Assembly (NCBI GenBank): GCA_965368975.1
Contig: CBDUPA010000006.1
Coordinates: forward strand, 192,001 to 256,000
DNA length: 64,000 bases
Direction of reading: 5' to 3'
Source of the DNA: an uncultured bacterium
GTDB taxonomy: Bacteria > Acidobacteriota > Thermoanaerobaculia > Multivoradales > JAHZIX01
Below, one piece after another: positions 38,098 through 46,680 of the stretch. Below the pieces are notes generated by a model. It searched no databases, had not been told where the DNA came from, and saw only the letters and a program-made list of their open reading frames with translations. Position 1 is the stretch's first letter, and each line of letters starts with the position of its first letter. The translations under genes were made by a program, and so were the position numbers.

Positions 38098-39806
38098 GAG
38101 ACCGTCTCCAGCTGCAAGCGGTAGCAGTGCACGCTCATCCCCTGGCCCAGGAAGACGTCGCGGCCGAGCAGGGCCAGGCCTTGGGGGGCTTCGTAGGCGC
38201 CGGGGACACGAATTCGTGACGGCGTGCCGAGATCGGCCCAGCCCAGGCCCTGGGCGCCCAGGCGCAGGCCATCCTGGAAGCGGGCCAGGACACCCGCCGA
38301 GCACACCAGCGGTGCTTCGCGCGCGCCCTGCAACCGTTGCTCCGGACCGCGCAACGGTTGGAGCACCGAGGCGGCGCTGCTGTAGCGCGGGAAGATCGCC
38401 ACCATGCGGTCGGTCGACACCGCCAGCAGATGGCCACCGATGTTCTGCTGGTGGCGCGAGCCGTGGCCGATGGCGAAACCCATCAGGTCGCCGAGTTCGC
38501 CCAGGTCCCGCCGTTCCCAGCTCCACGGCTCGCCGCGCACGATGTCCGCCAGCGTCGCACGCAGCATCTCGACCCGACCGCCGGTCTCACTCGAGACCCA
38601 CACTTCCGGCCGCTCGCGCGGGTCCGGCACCACCTGCAGGGTCGGCAGGCTCGAGGGCTCGAGGTCGAGCGGCGACTCGGGCGTGTAGCGGGTCGGCACC
38701 AGCTCGCGCGGCTCACTGTTTGGCTGCAGCAGTCCGTCTGGCTGCAGCAGTCCGTCTGGCTGCAGCAGTCCGTCTAGCTGCAGCAGTGACGTCAGTACCT
38801 CGCGCTCCAGCATCGACACGGTACCGCGACCGTCGACCCACAGTAGCCGACCGGTGGCGGCGTCGAAGGTGGGCGGGCGCATGACGCCGGGCGCCGGGCA
38901 GCGTGCCAGCAGGGTGCCGGCGGGGTTGAATAGCAGAATCTCTCCGTCCGCGAAGGCCTGTCGTTCCAGGTCCGGGCGGCCCTGCAGCAGTGCGAACAGC
39001 ACGCCGTCCGCGCTTCCAGCTGGCTGCAGATCCAGCCCCAGCGGGGGTCCCAGAAACTGGCAGCCGGTATCCGGCGGGTGCGCGCGGGTAGGATGTTCGC
39101 TCGCCATGCCGCGGAAGTAGAGGTAGGGCGCGAGGTCGCGGAATACCGCCTGGTGCGCGGCGGCGACCAGCATGCGCGAGCCGCGAAGGACCGGCGGGTG
39201 CAGCACGGCGTGGGCGGGGTCGGTAGGGTCAGTGGAGCGGTCCGGCCACTCCAGGGGGCGCTGTAGCCGTGGCGTGCCGTCCTGGGCGTCGAAGATGCCG
39301 AGCCAGCCGCGCGCGGTGGTGGCGACCACCTGGCCGCGCACCACGTTGACGCCCACCACGTGATCCTCGGAGGTTCCGACGTCGTCGCCGGCTGCCAGCA
39401 GGCTGCGCTGCCAGCCCTCGCGCAGCACGAAGCGTTGATCGGCGCGCGGCGGGCCAAAGATGTTGCCCAGCGGATCGCGCGGGCTGTGCGCACGCCCGGC
39501 ACTGCCGCCGGCCTCGTTCCAATCGAGCAATGAATCGCCGCGCAGGGCGCTGCCGGTGCGAGTCGAGAAGGCACTCCAGGGACGTCGATAGACCTCGGCG
39601 GCCGCGGTGCTCTCCGGCGCTGGCTGGTCGTTCTGCTGCTGAACGGCCTCGTAAGGCCGCGCACAGGCGTCGCACCAACCCAGGGCCGGCAGGAAATGCA
39701 GCGGCTGCACGGGTTGTGCGCAGTCCGGGTAAGGGCAGCGCTCCGGCGGTCGGAAGCGCCGGTTGTCGGGGTCCCACTCGGGGCCGCTGAGGTGTGGACT
39801 CTTCAT
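38094..39806 (-). CDS. Zn-finger (CPxxxC...CxxC) plus probable beta-propeller protein
   Basis: ATGA overlap; CPYPDC..CDAC; blade-like segments (GQVVATTARGWLGIFDAQDG, GRLLWVDGRG). Confidence 0.55.
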   Translation of the reverse strand: MKSPHLSGPEWDPDNRRFRPPERCPYPDCAQPVQPLHFLPALGWCDACARPYEAVQQQNDQPAPESTAAAEVYRRPWSAFSTRTGSALRGDSLLDWNEAGGSAGRAHSPRDPLGNIFGPPRADQRFVLREGWQRSLLAAGDDVGTSEDHVVGVNVVRGQVVATTARGWLGIFDAQDGTPRLQRPLEWPDRSTDPTDPAHAVLHPPVLRGSRMLVAAAHQAVFRDLAPYLYFRGMASEHPTRAHPPDTGCQFLGPPLGLDLQPAGSADGVLFALLQGRPDLERQAFADGEILLFNPAGTLLARCPAPGVMRPPTFDAATGRLLWVDGRGTVSMLEREVLTSLLQLDGLLQPDGLLQPDGLLQPNSEPRELVPTRYTPESPLDLEPSSLPTLQVVPDPRERPEVWVSSETGGRVEMLRATLADIVRGEPWSWERRDLGELGDLMGFAIGHGSRHQQNIGGHLLAVSTDRMVAIFPRYSSAASVLQPLRGPEQRLQGAREAPLVCSAGVLARFQDGLRLGAQGLGWADLGTPSRIRVPGAYEAPQGLALLGRDVFLGQGMSVHCYRLQLETVS

Positions 39807-40597
39807 CGGCCGACGATCACCTGCGCGCGTTGGGGTTCTTGGTCGGCACGGGCATAGCGACGTCCGACCACCTTGAGGGCGACGACCAGACCGGCCGCTC
39901 CGCCGATATCCCGGCCGCCGAGGGCGTGGTGGCGGTCGGGGTCGAAACGGGTCTCGAACGGCACGACCGGATCCAAGCGGTACCAGCCCTGGCGCTGGCA
40001 CAGCTGGCCGAAGTCGTCGTAGAGCCATCCTCGCAGCCGCTTCACCAGGTCGTCGCCGTGGCCCTCGTGGGCTTGCTGCGCCGCGACGGAAAGGTGGCGC
40101 GCCAGCTGGTTGAGCAGTTCCGGCAGGTCACTGTCCGCCCACGCCGCGAGTCGATCAGCTTCGATCGCCTCCACCAGGCGCTGCAGGCGCGTCAGCATCG
40201 GCGCGCCAAAGTCCTGGTGGAGGCGACGTCGCGCTTCGTCGTCGGCGCACAGTGTTGCCAGCTCGGGTGCTTGCTGGTGTAGTCGCAGCAGCAGCAGGCC
40301 GATCTCGCCCTGCGGTAGGCGTTCCAGATCGTGACGAATGGCCTCGTAGTCGACGCCGCTCTGCGTCTCGGCCGCGGGTTCGGTGGGTTTGGTGCCAGGG
40401 TGGCTGCCGGGATGGTTGTCGGTGGACTGGTTGCCGTTGCCGTCGAGAGAAGCGCTGGTCCTGTCGTCGCGCAGGGCTTGCAGGAGCTGGCGGTCTTCCT
40501 CCTGCCGGCGTTCCAGCCGCCGCAGCCTCCAGCCGAGGAGGCCATAGAGGGCGAGCGCCAGGACGGCGAGCAGGGCGGCGAGCAGGGAGGGCATCAT
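39803..40597 (-). CDS. Membrane-anchored GrpE-like nucleotide exchange factor
   Basis: N-terminal TM and short coiled coil; C-terminal TRFDPDRHHA..G.VV....VG.....RAQVIV resembles the GrpE head; ATGA overlap with the Hsp70-like gene. Confidence 0.65.
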   Translation of the reverse strand: MMPSLLAALLAVLALALYGLLGWRLRRLERRQEEDRQLLQALRDDRTSASLDGNGNQSTDNHPGSHPGTKPTEPAAETQSGVDYEAIRHDLERLPQGEIGLLLLRLHQQAPELATLCADDEARRRLHQDFGAPMLTRLQRLVEAIEADRLAAWADSDLPELLNQLARHLSVAAQQAHEGHGDDLVKRLRGWLYDDFGQLCQRQGWYRLDPVVPFETRFDPDRHHALGGRDIGGAAGLVVALKVVGRRYARADQEPQRAQVIVGR

Positions 40598-43500
40598 GAC
40601 AGCGGCACTCCTTTGGATTCCTTGCCATCGGCGACGATCCACAGATCGGCCGGGCCGCGCACCTGGATCACCAGGTCGCTGGCTGGCTCGAACTGGAAGC
40701 GCACGTAGGGTTGATGGTCGCGGTACAGCTCCAGGCGGTCGATCTTCGCTGGCTCTTGCAGGTGCACCTCCGCTGGTAGCTCGGTGTTGCGCTCCAGTCC
40801 GGGGACGGTGCGGAAGCGACGGCGGCCGGCCTTGCGTTGCAGGTCGAAGTTGAGGCGCTGGTGCAGCGTGTTGCGCAGGTGCAGCCAGCGGCCTTCTTCG
40901 CGGCTCAGCTGCCACAGCGCTGCCCCGATGGCGACGCAGTGTTTGGGGTCGAAGGGGACGTCCAGGCTGGCCTTGCCCGAGCTGGCTCTATCCGAAGTCG
41001 GGGGTTCGACCAGGATCAACGGCGTGTCCGCTGGTCGACGCTGGGCGACGGCTTCTTTGACGCCCTGGCGGATCACCGGCACGCGCACGCCCTGGCCGGT
41101 GAACAGCAGGGTGGTGACCTCGGACCACTGCCAGCCGGCGCGCTCGACGACGCTGTCGAGCAGTGGCAGGACCGCTGCCAGTCGTGTGCTGACCAGGTCC
41201 TCGAACGTGGCGCGGTCGATGGTGGTGGTAAAGTCCGGCTCGGCTGCTGGGCTGGCGTTGCTGGAGATACTGGTGTTGCTGGAGATACTGGTGTTGCTCG
41301 AAACATTGGCCAGGAGAGACGGGCCGAGCTCCAGCGTCAAGCTCGCTTGCTGTGCCTCGGAGAGCCGCTTCTTGGCCACCTCGGCGGCTCGCAGCAAGCC
41401 GCTGGCACCGCTGTAAAGGTCGATCGCCAGATCTTCCAGCTGTTCGTCGCGCCAGCCGGACCACGGTTCCTGGTAGCGCGCGCGCTGCCGGAAGCCGCTC
41501 TGGAACTCGCTGAACAGTCGAGCTTGCAGAGCGTAACGAATCTCGTCGAGCAGCTGTAGAAGCTCGGCCGGGTGGCTCCCGTCGTTCTCACCGCGCACCT
41601 GTGCCAGCAGCCACTCGGCGAGCAGCACGTCGAGGTCGTCGCCGCCCAACCGCCGGCCAGCATTGCTCTTCAACTCGACGGTCACCGGCACGTCCTCGCC
41701 GACATCGTTCGGATCGGTGCCGGCGTAGCGGTCGAGGTCGTGCACTTCGACCGCCGCCAGGTCCGTGGTGCCGCCGCCCATGTCGAAGCACAGCACGCGT
41801 TCGATCGGCAGGAACGGCTCCCCGGCCGCCACCTGGCGCCGCTCACGGGCGTCGACGTAGGCCAGCACCGCGGCGCTGGCTTCGTCGACGCAGCGCTCGG
41901 CGAAGAAGGCGTCGACCTGCACCTGATCGAGGTTGACGCCGACGCTGTGCGCCGTTTCCATGAGCGCCCGGCGCATCGGCTCTGTGACCTCCACCGGGTG
42001 GCTGAACACGGCCTTCTGGAACACCACCCGCTCCCCCTGCAGGCGCAGGTCGCGCTGGGCGTCGGGGTCGAGGAGGGTGACGCCGCGCTCGGCGCGGCCG
42101 AGCAGTTCGCCGATGAAGATATCGAGCAGCTGCTGAGCGCTGTAGCGGGCGCGCTGAAAGCCGTCACCGTGCCGGTAAAGGAAATTGTAGGCGGTCGCCG
42201 GATCGCGCGCGATCACCGTCTTGATGCTGCGCACCAGATTGGCGGGGTCGATACCGGCGGAGTGGTGCGCTTGTTGACCGAAGAGGAAGCGGTTCTGCGC
42301 GCCGTCGTGAGGACTCTCGGCATCCGCCAGAAAGTACATCAGCGACGCCAGCGACGGCCGCCGCTGCTCCAGTTCCAAGAGCAGGGGATAGGCGCGCTCG
42401 TCGCCCAGAATGCACACCACTGAGCTGGAGGTGCCGAAGTCGATGCCGGCGGCGAAGTGATCGGCGACACGGCCGAACTCGACGCTGATGTCCAGCGCCA
42501 GCCCGGTTTCCAGGCTCCGCCCGGTGTCGTTCTCGGCTGTAGGCGTCCACCCATCGTGCTCCAAAATCAGCCGCCGCTGTCCCCATTCTTCGCCAGCCAA
42601 GTGTCGCGGCCGGAGTTCGGGGTGGACCCGTAGTTCGAGCGTTCGTTCTTCACCGGCCTCCAGCAGGTCGCCCAGTTCGACGCCGCGGATGCTCAGCCAA
42701 TCGGGCGACCAGTCCGGATCGGGCACCGGCCGCCAGTCGCCGTCGTGCGGCTGCAGCACATGCAGATCTCCCAAGCGCAGCGGTACCTGGCCGGCATTGC
42801 GCACCGTGAGGGTGTGCTCCTCACGCAGTCGCGAGAACGGAATGGTCAGCTCGGGCGGACCGTGGGTCACCAGCCGAGGTGCGCGCACGACACTGCCGCG
42901 CAGCCGGCAGTCGAGGAGCAGCTCTTCGCCCTGATGACGGCAGCGCAGCTCGATACGGCCATCGAACCAGATGGGTTCGTCCGAGCCGGTACTGGCCGAG
43001 CCGATGCTGGACGAGCCGATGCTGGCCGAGCCGGTACCGCCCGCCTCGAGGTTGCGCAGCAGCTCCACGTCTTCCTCGCCGCGCAGGTCGATGTGCAGGG
43101 TCAACTCGTCGTTCGCGTCCACCGGCAGGGGCAGGTCCAGAGGTTGCGCATGTAGCAGGCGGGTCGCGTCGAGACGCTGGTGGCCGGCGGGTGTCTCTTC
43201 ACCCGCGTCGCGTACCCGGATCTCTAGCAATTCGAGCGCGTCGGCGGATTCGTTGCGCAGCACCAGCGTCTGCCGCACGCCCTGCGCGCGCACCAGCTCG
43301 ACGGGCAGGAAGCGGTAGAGCGCACCCCCCGGCAGCAGGCGCGGCTGGCGCACGAGCAGCAGGTCGAGCTCGAGGTTCTGCTGAAAGCTGTCGTGCAGCG
43401 TGATCGTGGCGACCAGTTCCTGACCCGCCTCGGCGTCACGGTCGTAGGCTTGTTGCAGGCGGAAACTGTCGATCGGCAGGTCGAGTCGCTGGGGTTCCCC

Positions 43501-43830
43501 TCCGGGTGCCAGCTGCAGCACGCGCTCGGTCAGTTCGTCGCGCAGGACCCAGGCTGGCAGGGTGCGGATGGTGTCGTCGGTCAGGACCAGCGCGGCGGCG
43601 GTGACGCCCTCGTTGATCAGCTGGACTTGCACGTGGCGGGCGTTGCGCTGCACCGCCACGCGTCCGCTGGTCTCTTGCCAGCTGCCCAAGCGCTGGTTGC
43701 CGCCCGCGTCGGTGCCGGCGGCGCGCCAGCGAACGCGCGTCAACGGCCGACCGCACACCGCGCAGTAGGCGTCGGCCGGGCTGACCGCGTTGGCGCAGCG
43801 CGGACAGGTCGGGCGGTCCGGCGTCGTCAC
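40594..43830 (-). CDS. Hsp70-family ATPase with N-terminal zinc ribbon and Ig-like domains
   Basis: CPRC..CAVC; Ig-like segments (QLINEG, LRNES, VRNAG); GIDFGTSSS, DEASAAVLAY, FDMGGGTTD, LGGDDLD, AEVAKKRLS, DPKHCVAIGAA. Confidence 0.85.
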   Translation of the reverse strand: MTTPDRPTCPRCANAVSPADAYCAVCGRPLTRVRWRAAGTDAGGNQRLGSWQETSGRVAVQRNARHVQVQLINEGVTAAALVLTDDTIRTLPAWVLRDELTERVLQLAPGGEPQRLDLPIDSFRLQQAYDRDAEAGQELVATITLHDSFQQNLELDLLLVRQPRLLPGGALYRFLPVELVRAQGVRQTLVLRNESADALELLEIRVRDAGEETPAGHQRLDATRLLHAQPLDLPLPVDANDELTLHIDLRGEEDVELLRNLEAGGTGSASIGSSSIGSASTGSDEPIWFDGRIELRCRHQGEELLLDCRLRGSVVRAPRLVTHGPPELTIPFSRLREEHTLTVRNAGQVPLRLGDLHVLQPHDGDWRPVPDPDWSPDWLSIRGVELGDLLEAGEERTLELRVHPELRPRHLAGEEWGQRRLILEHDGWTPTAENDTGRSLETGLALDISVEFGRVADHFAAGIDFGTSSSVVCILGDERAYPLLLELEQRRPSLASLMYFLADAESPHDGAQNRFLFGQQAHHSAGIDPANLVRSIKTVIARDPATAYNFLYRHGDGFQRARYSAQQLLDIFIGELLGRAERGVTLLDPDAQRDLRLQGERVVFQKAVFSHPVEVTEPMRRALMETAHSVGVNLDQVQVDAFFAERCVDEASAAVLAYVDARERRQVAAGEPFLPIERVLCFDMGGGTTDLAAVEVHDLDRYAGTDPNDVGEDVPVTVELKSNAGRRLGGDDLDVLLAEWLLAQVRGENDGSHPAELLQLLDEIRYALQARLFSEFQSGFRQRARYQEPWSGWRDEQLEDLAIDLYSGASGLLRAAEVAKKRLSEAQQASLTLELGPSLLANVSSNTSISSNTSISSNASPAAEPDFTTTIDRATFEDLVSTRLAAVLPLLDSVVERAGWQWSEVTTLLFTGQGVRVPVIRQGVKEAVAQRRPADTPLILVEPPTSDRASSGKASLDVPFDPKHCVAIGAALWQLSREEGRWLHLRNTLHQRLNFDLQRKAGRRRFRTVPGLERNTELPAEVHLQEPAKIDRLELYRDHQPYVRFQFEPASDLVIQVRGPADLWIVADGKESKGVPLS

Positions 43831-45341
43831 GCGCCTCTCTCCGAGGGGGACTGTGGTTTCGTTCGAGCTTGTGCGTCTGGCGGAGCTTCCCCGTGCAGTG
43901 GAGCTTCCCCGTGCAGCGGAGCTTCAATATCGACGCGCACCAAGTCGCCGTGACGCAGGGCGGGCGAGAGCACGCGATAGCGTCGGCCGTGCGCATCGAG
44001 TGGACGCAGCTGGCCTCCCACCGCGACGCCGTTGACCACCAGCTGCAGGCGCTCCGGCGGCACGCCCTCGTCGAGCACCAGGATGTCCGGCCGGAAGTCG
44101 TCGAGCGGCGTAAACGGAGGAGCTTCGGGCAGATCCTGCAGAGGAGGAGTGCTCGTCGCGGGCTCGTCGTGGCTGGCGGACTGGGGTGAGGGCTGGGGCG
44201 CCGGCGTCGGGGGTACCTGCGTCGGGGGTACCTGCCTCGGAGTCAGGGCTTGTGGCGGGGGCGGTGGTAGTGGTGCGGACGTAGGGGCTGCGTTCTGGGG
44301 CGTCGGGTCGGCGTGCACCGCCGTGGCCAGGTGACGCTTCAAGCTGTTGACGATTTCGCGCTGCGGCCGTTCCTGCAGCCAGTCGCCGTAGCGCTGCGTC
44401 AGGTCCGTGTGCAGTTCCAGGTGCTCGGGGTCCAGCTGCCGGGCGGACAAGCCCTGGCCGTCGAGAAAGCGTCGCAAGTCGTCGAGGGCGTCGGAAGGCC
44501 GGCCACCCTCGCGCAGCAACACCGTCGGCCCCTCACTCCAGCGTACTTCCTGCACCGGCACACCCTGCGAGTCGACGAGTAGCTGCGGCTTGGCGAGACG
44601 TTGCCACCAGGACGGCGGGTCGATCTCGGGCAGCAGGCGCACGCGCACGCGCGTCGCTCGGAGGCGGTGCAGCGACGGATCACTCGAAAGGAAGACATCA
44701 CAGCCGTGCAGCTGCAAGTCCGTCGTACCCGTCGCCTGTGCCGCCAGTCCGTAGGCGATGCGCTGTTGCCACGCCCAGGTTTCCGCTCGTGGCGGCTCGA
44801 CGTTTGCAGGCAGCTCGTCGAGCCAGGCCTGGAGGATCGCTGGTGTCACGCTCCAAGCGCGCGCCAGCGCGGTGGACGCCGGCACCACCAGCGACCGGAA
44901 GGGCTCGATGATGCGCAACCAGCCTCCCGCTTCGACGACGATGCGCGTATCGACCGCATCGTGAGACGCGTCGACCACCGCCTGGCGCAGGATTGGCTCG
45001 GCCGGCACCACCGTCCAGCCCGCTTCGTCCCAGGCTCCGAGCAGCTGCCGTCCGCGCGCCGCATCACGCCAGGCTTCGGGGACCAGCAACAGGTCCGGTC
45101 CGCCGCGCCGCGCCGTCGCCAGGCGCGCGAACTCCGCGCTCATCTGCCGCCAGGCCGCTGCCTCGGTGCTGGACGCCGGCTCGCTGTCCACACTTGACTC
45201 GACCGTGATTTCGACCCCCATCGCCGGGTCCGGCAGGCCGCAGGCGAGGTCCGCATCCAGGGCGGCGAAGAGGTCAAGGTGCGACGGCTCGACGGTGCCC
45301 GCGAGGGACCCGCAGCCGAGCACCAATGGTCTAGGTTTCAC
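43827..45341 (-). CDS. Probable degenerate Hsp70/actin-like fold protein with Pro-rich linker
   Basis: LVLGCGS, LLLVPEAW..R.......AG....EP, IVVEAGG and VLLREGG echo the Hsp70 motif order; first gene of the operon. Confidence 0.45.
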   Translation of the reverse strand: MKPRPLVLGCGSLAGTVEPSHLDLFAALDADLACGLPDPAMGVEITVESSVDSEPASSTEAAAWRQMSAEFARLATARRGGPDLLLVPEAWRDAARGRQLLGAWDEAGWTVVPAEPILRQAVVDASHDAVDTRIVVEAGGWLRIIEPFRSLVVPASTALARAWSVTPAILQAWLDELPANVEPPRAETWAWQQRIAYGLAAQATGTTDLQLHGCDVFLSSDPSLHRLRATRVRVRLLPEIDPPSWWQRLAKPQLLVDSQGVPVQEVRWSEGPTVLLREGGRPSDALDDLRRFLDGQGLSARQLDPEHLELHTDLTQRYGDWLQERPQREIVNSLKRHLATAVHADPTPQNAAPTSAPLPPPPPQALTPRQVPPTQVPPTPAPQPSPQSASHDEPATSTPPLQDLPEAPPFTPLDDFRPDILVLDEGVPPERLQLVVNGVAVGGQLRPLDAHGRRYRVLSPALRHGDLVRVDIEAPLHGEAPLHGEAPPDAQARTKPQSPSERGA

Positions 45342-45456
45342 GAAGCGGACTCCTGGCTCGTGGACGCGAGAACTCGAGAAGGCTGCGATGGGGTGGCAAG
45401 CATGGAAAACAGGGTCTCAGTATATCTCGCTGTTCCGGCTGGTAGGCTCTCGTGTC

Positions 45457-46680
45457 ATGGCTCCCTCTTCACAGGAGACGTTACAGCGCAGCGCAATGTT
45501 CCACACTCGCTATACGCAAGCGGGAGGAGAGGAACGCTCCACCGCCGTCGAGACCGCGACACTACGGGCGCACGGGATCGAGGTCGAGGAGTTCCAGCTC
45601 GCCAACCAGGACGTGCTGAATGCCGGCCGCCTCGCCACCGTGCGCGGTCTCTGGCGTTCGGCCTTCAACCGCCAGGTCTACGAGCAGGTACGGCAATTCT
45701 GCCGGCGGGTTCGGCCGCAGGTGGCGCACGTGCAGAACTTCTGGTGGGCGATGTCACCAGCTGTCCATGCTGCCTGCCACGCCGAAGGTGTCGCCACCGT
45801 GCAGACACTGCGCAACTATCGCCTGCTGTGCGTCAACGCGCTCCTGCAGCGCGAAGGCGCCCCGTGCGAGGCGTGCGTCGGCAAGGCGCCATGGCGCGGC
45901 GTGCTGCACCGCTGCTACCACGGATCGGCCGTGGGCAGTGCCCTGGTGGCGCGCATGATCACGCACAACCGCAGGCGTGCCACCTGGCACCGCGATGTCG
46001 ACGTCCTGGTCGCCTTGACGAACTTTGCCCGTGGCAAGTTGATCGAGGGCGGCTTGCCGGCCGAGCGCCTGGTCGTCAAACCCAACTCGGCCCCCGATCC
46101 CGGCGCGGCGACGCCGCCGGGCCAGGGTGCTGTGTTCCTGGGGCGGTTGTCGGCGGAGAAGGGCCTGCACACCCTGCTCGACGCCTGGCGTTGCCTACCG
46201 GAGGTGCCGTTGACGATTCTCGGCGACGGTCCCTTGCGGGCCGAACTGGAAGCGCGCGTCGCCGAGCCGGAGTTACGGCACGTGCGGTTGCTCGGCCAGC
46301 AGCCGGCCGACCAGGTCACGGCGGCGGTGCGGGAGAGTGCCTTCCTGGTGATGGCCAGCGAGTGGTATGAGGGTTTTCCCCGCGTGCTGGTGGAGGCCTT
46401 CTCCCTCGGGCGCCCGGCGTTGGTGCCGAAACTTGGTTCGATGGCCGAGATTGTCGACGATGGCCGCACCGGTCTGCACTTCGAGCCGGGCGATGCCGTC
46501 AGCCTGGCGGCGCAGGCATGTCTCTTGGCCGAAGATCGCGATCGACTCCTGCAGCTGGCCACAGCGGCTCGCGCCGAGTACGAGGCTTGCTACACGCCGG
46601 ATCGCGACGCCGAGCGCCTGCTGGGGATCTATCGCCAAGCTCTCGATCAGCAGGCGATCAATACGCACCGCGCCCGCTGA
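45457..46680 (+). CDS. Glycosyltransferase family 4
   Basis: GGEE, HVQN, TLRNYRLLC, FLGRLSAEKG, SEWYEGFP.VLVEAF. Confidence 0.88.
   Translation: MAPSSQETLQRSAMFHTRYTQAGGEERSTAVETATLRAHGIEVEEFQLANQDVLNAGRLATVRGLWRSAFNRQVYEQVRQFCRRVRPQVAHVQNFWWAMSPAVHAACHAEGVATVQTLRNYRLLCVNALLQREGAPCEACVGKAPWRGVLHRCYHGSAVGSALVARMITHNRRRATWHRDVDVLVALTNFARGKLIEGGLPAERLVVKPNSAPDPGAATPPGQGAVFLGRLSAEKGLHTLLDAWRCLPEVPLTILGDGPLRAELEARVAEPELRHVRLLGQQPADQVTAAVRESAFLVMASEWYEGFPRVLVEAFSLGRPALVPKLGSMAEIVDDGRTGLHFEPGDAVSLAAQACLLAEDRDRLLQLATAARAEYEACYTPDRDAERLLGIYRQALDQQAINTHRAR

Noticed and set aside
40594-43830. Housekeeping dnaK-grpE operon
   Set aside because: Extra N-terminal domains, no canonical substrate-binding domain, a TM on the GrpE-like protein, and no dnaJ or hrcA.
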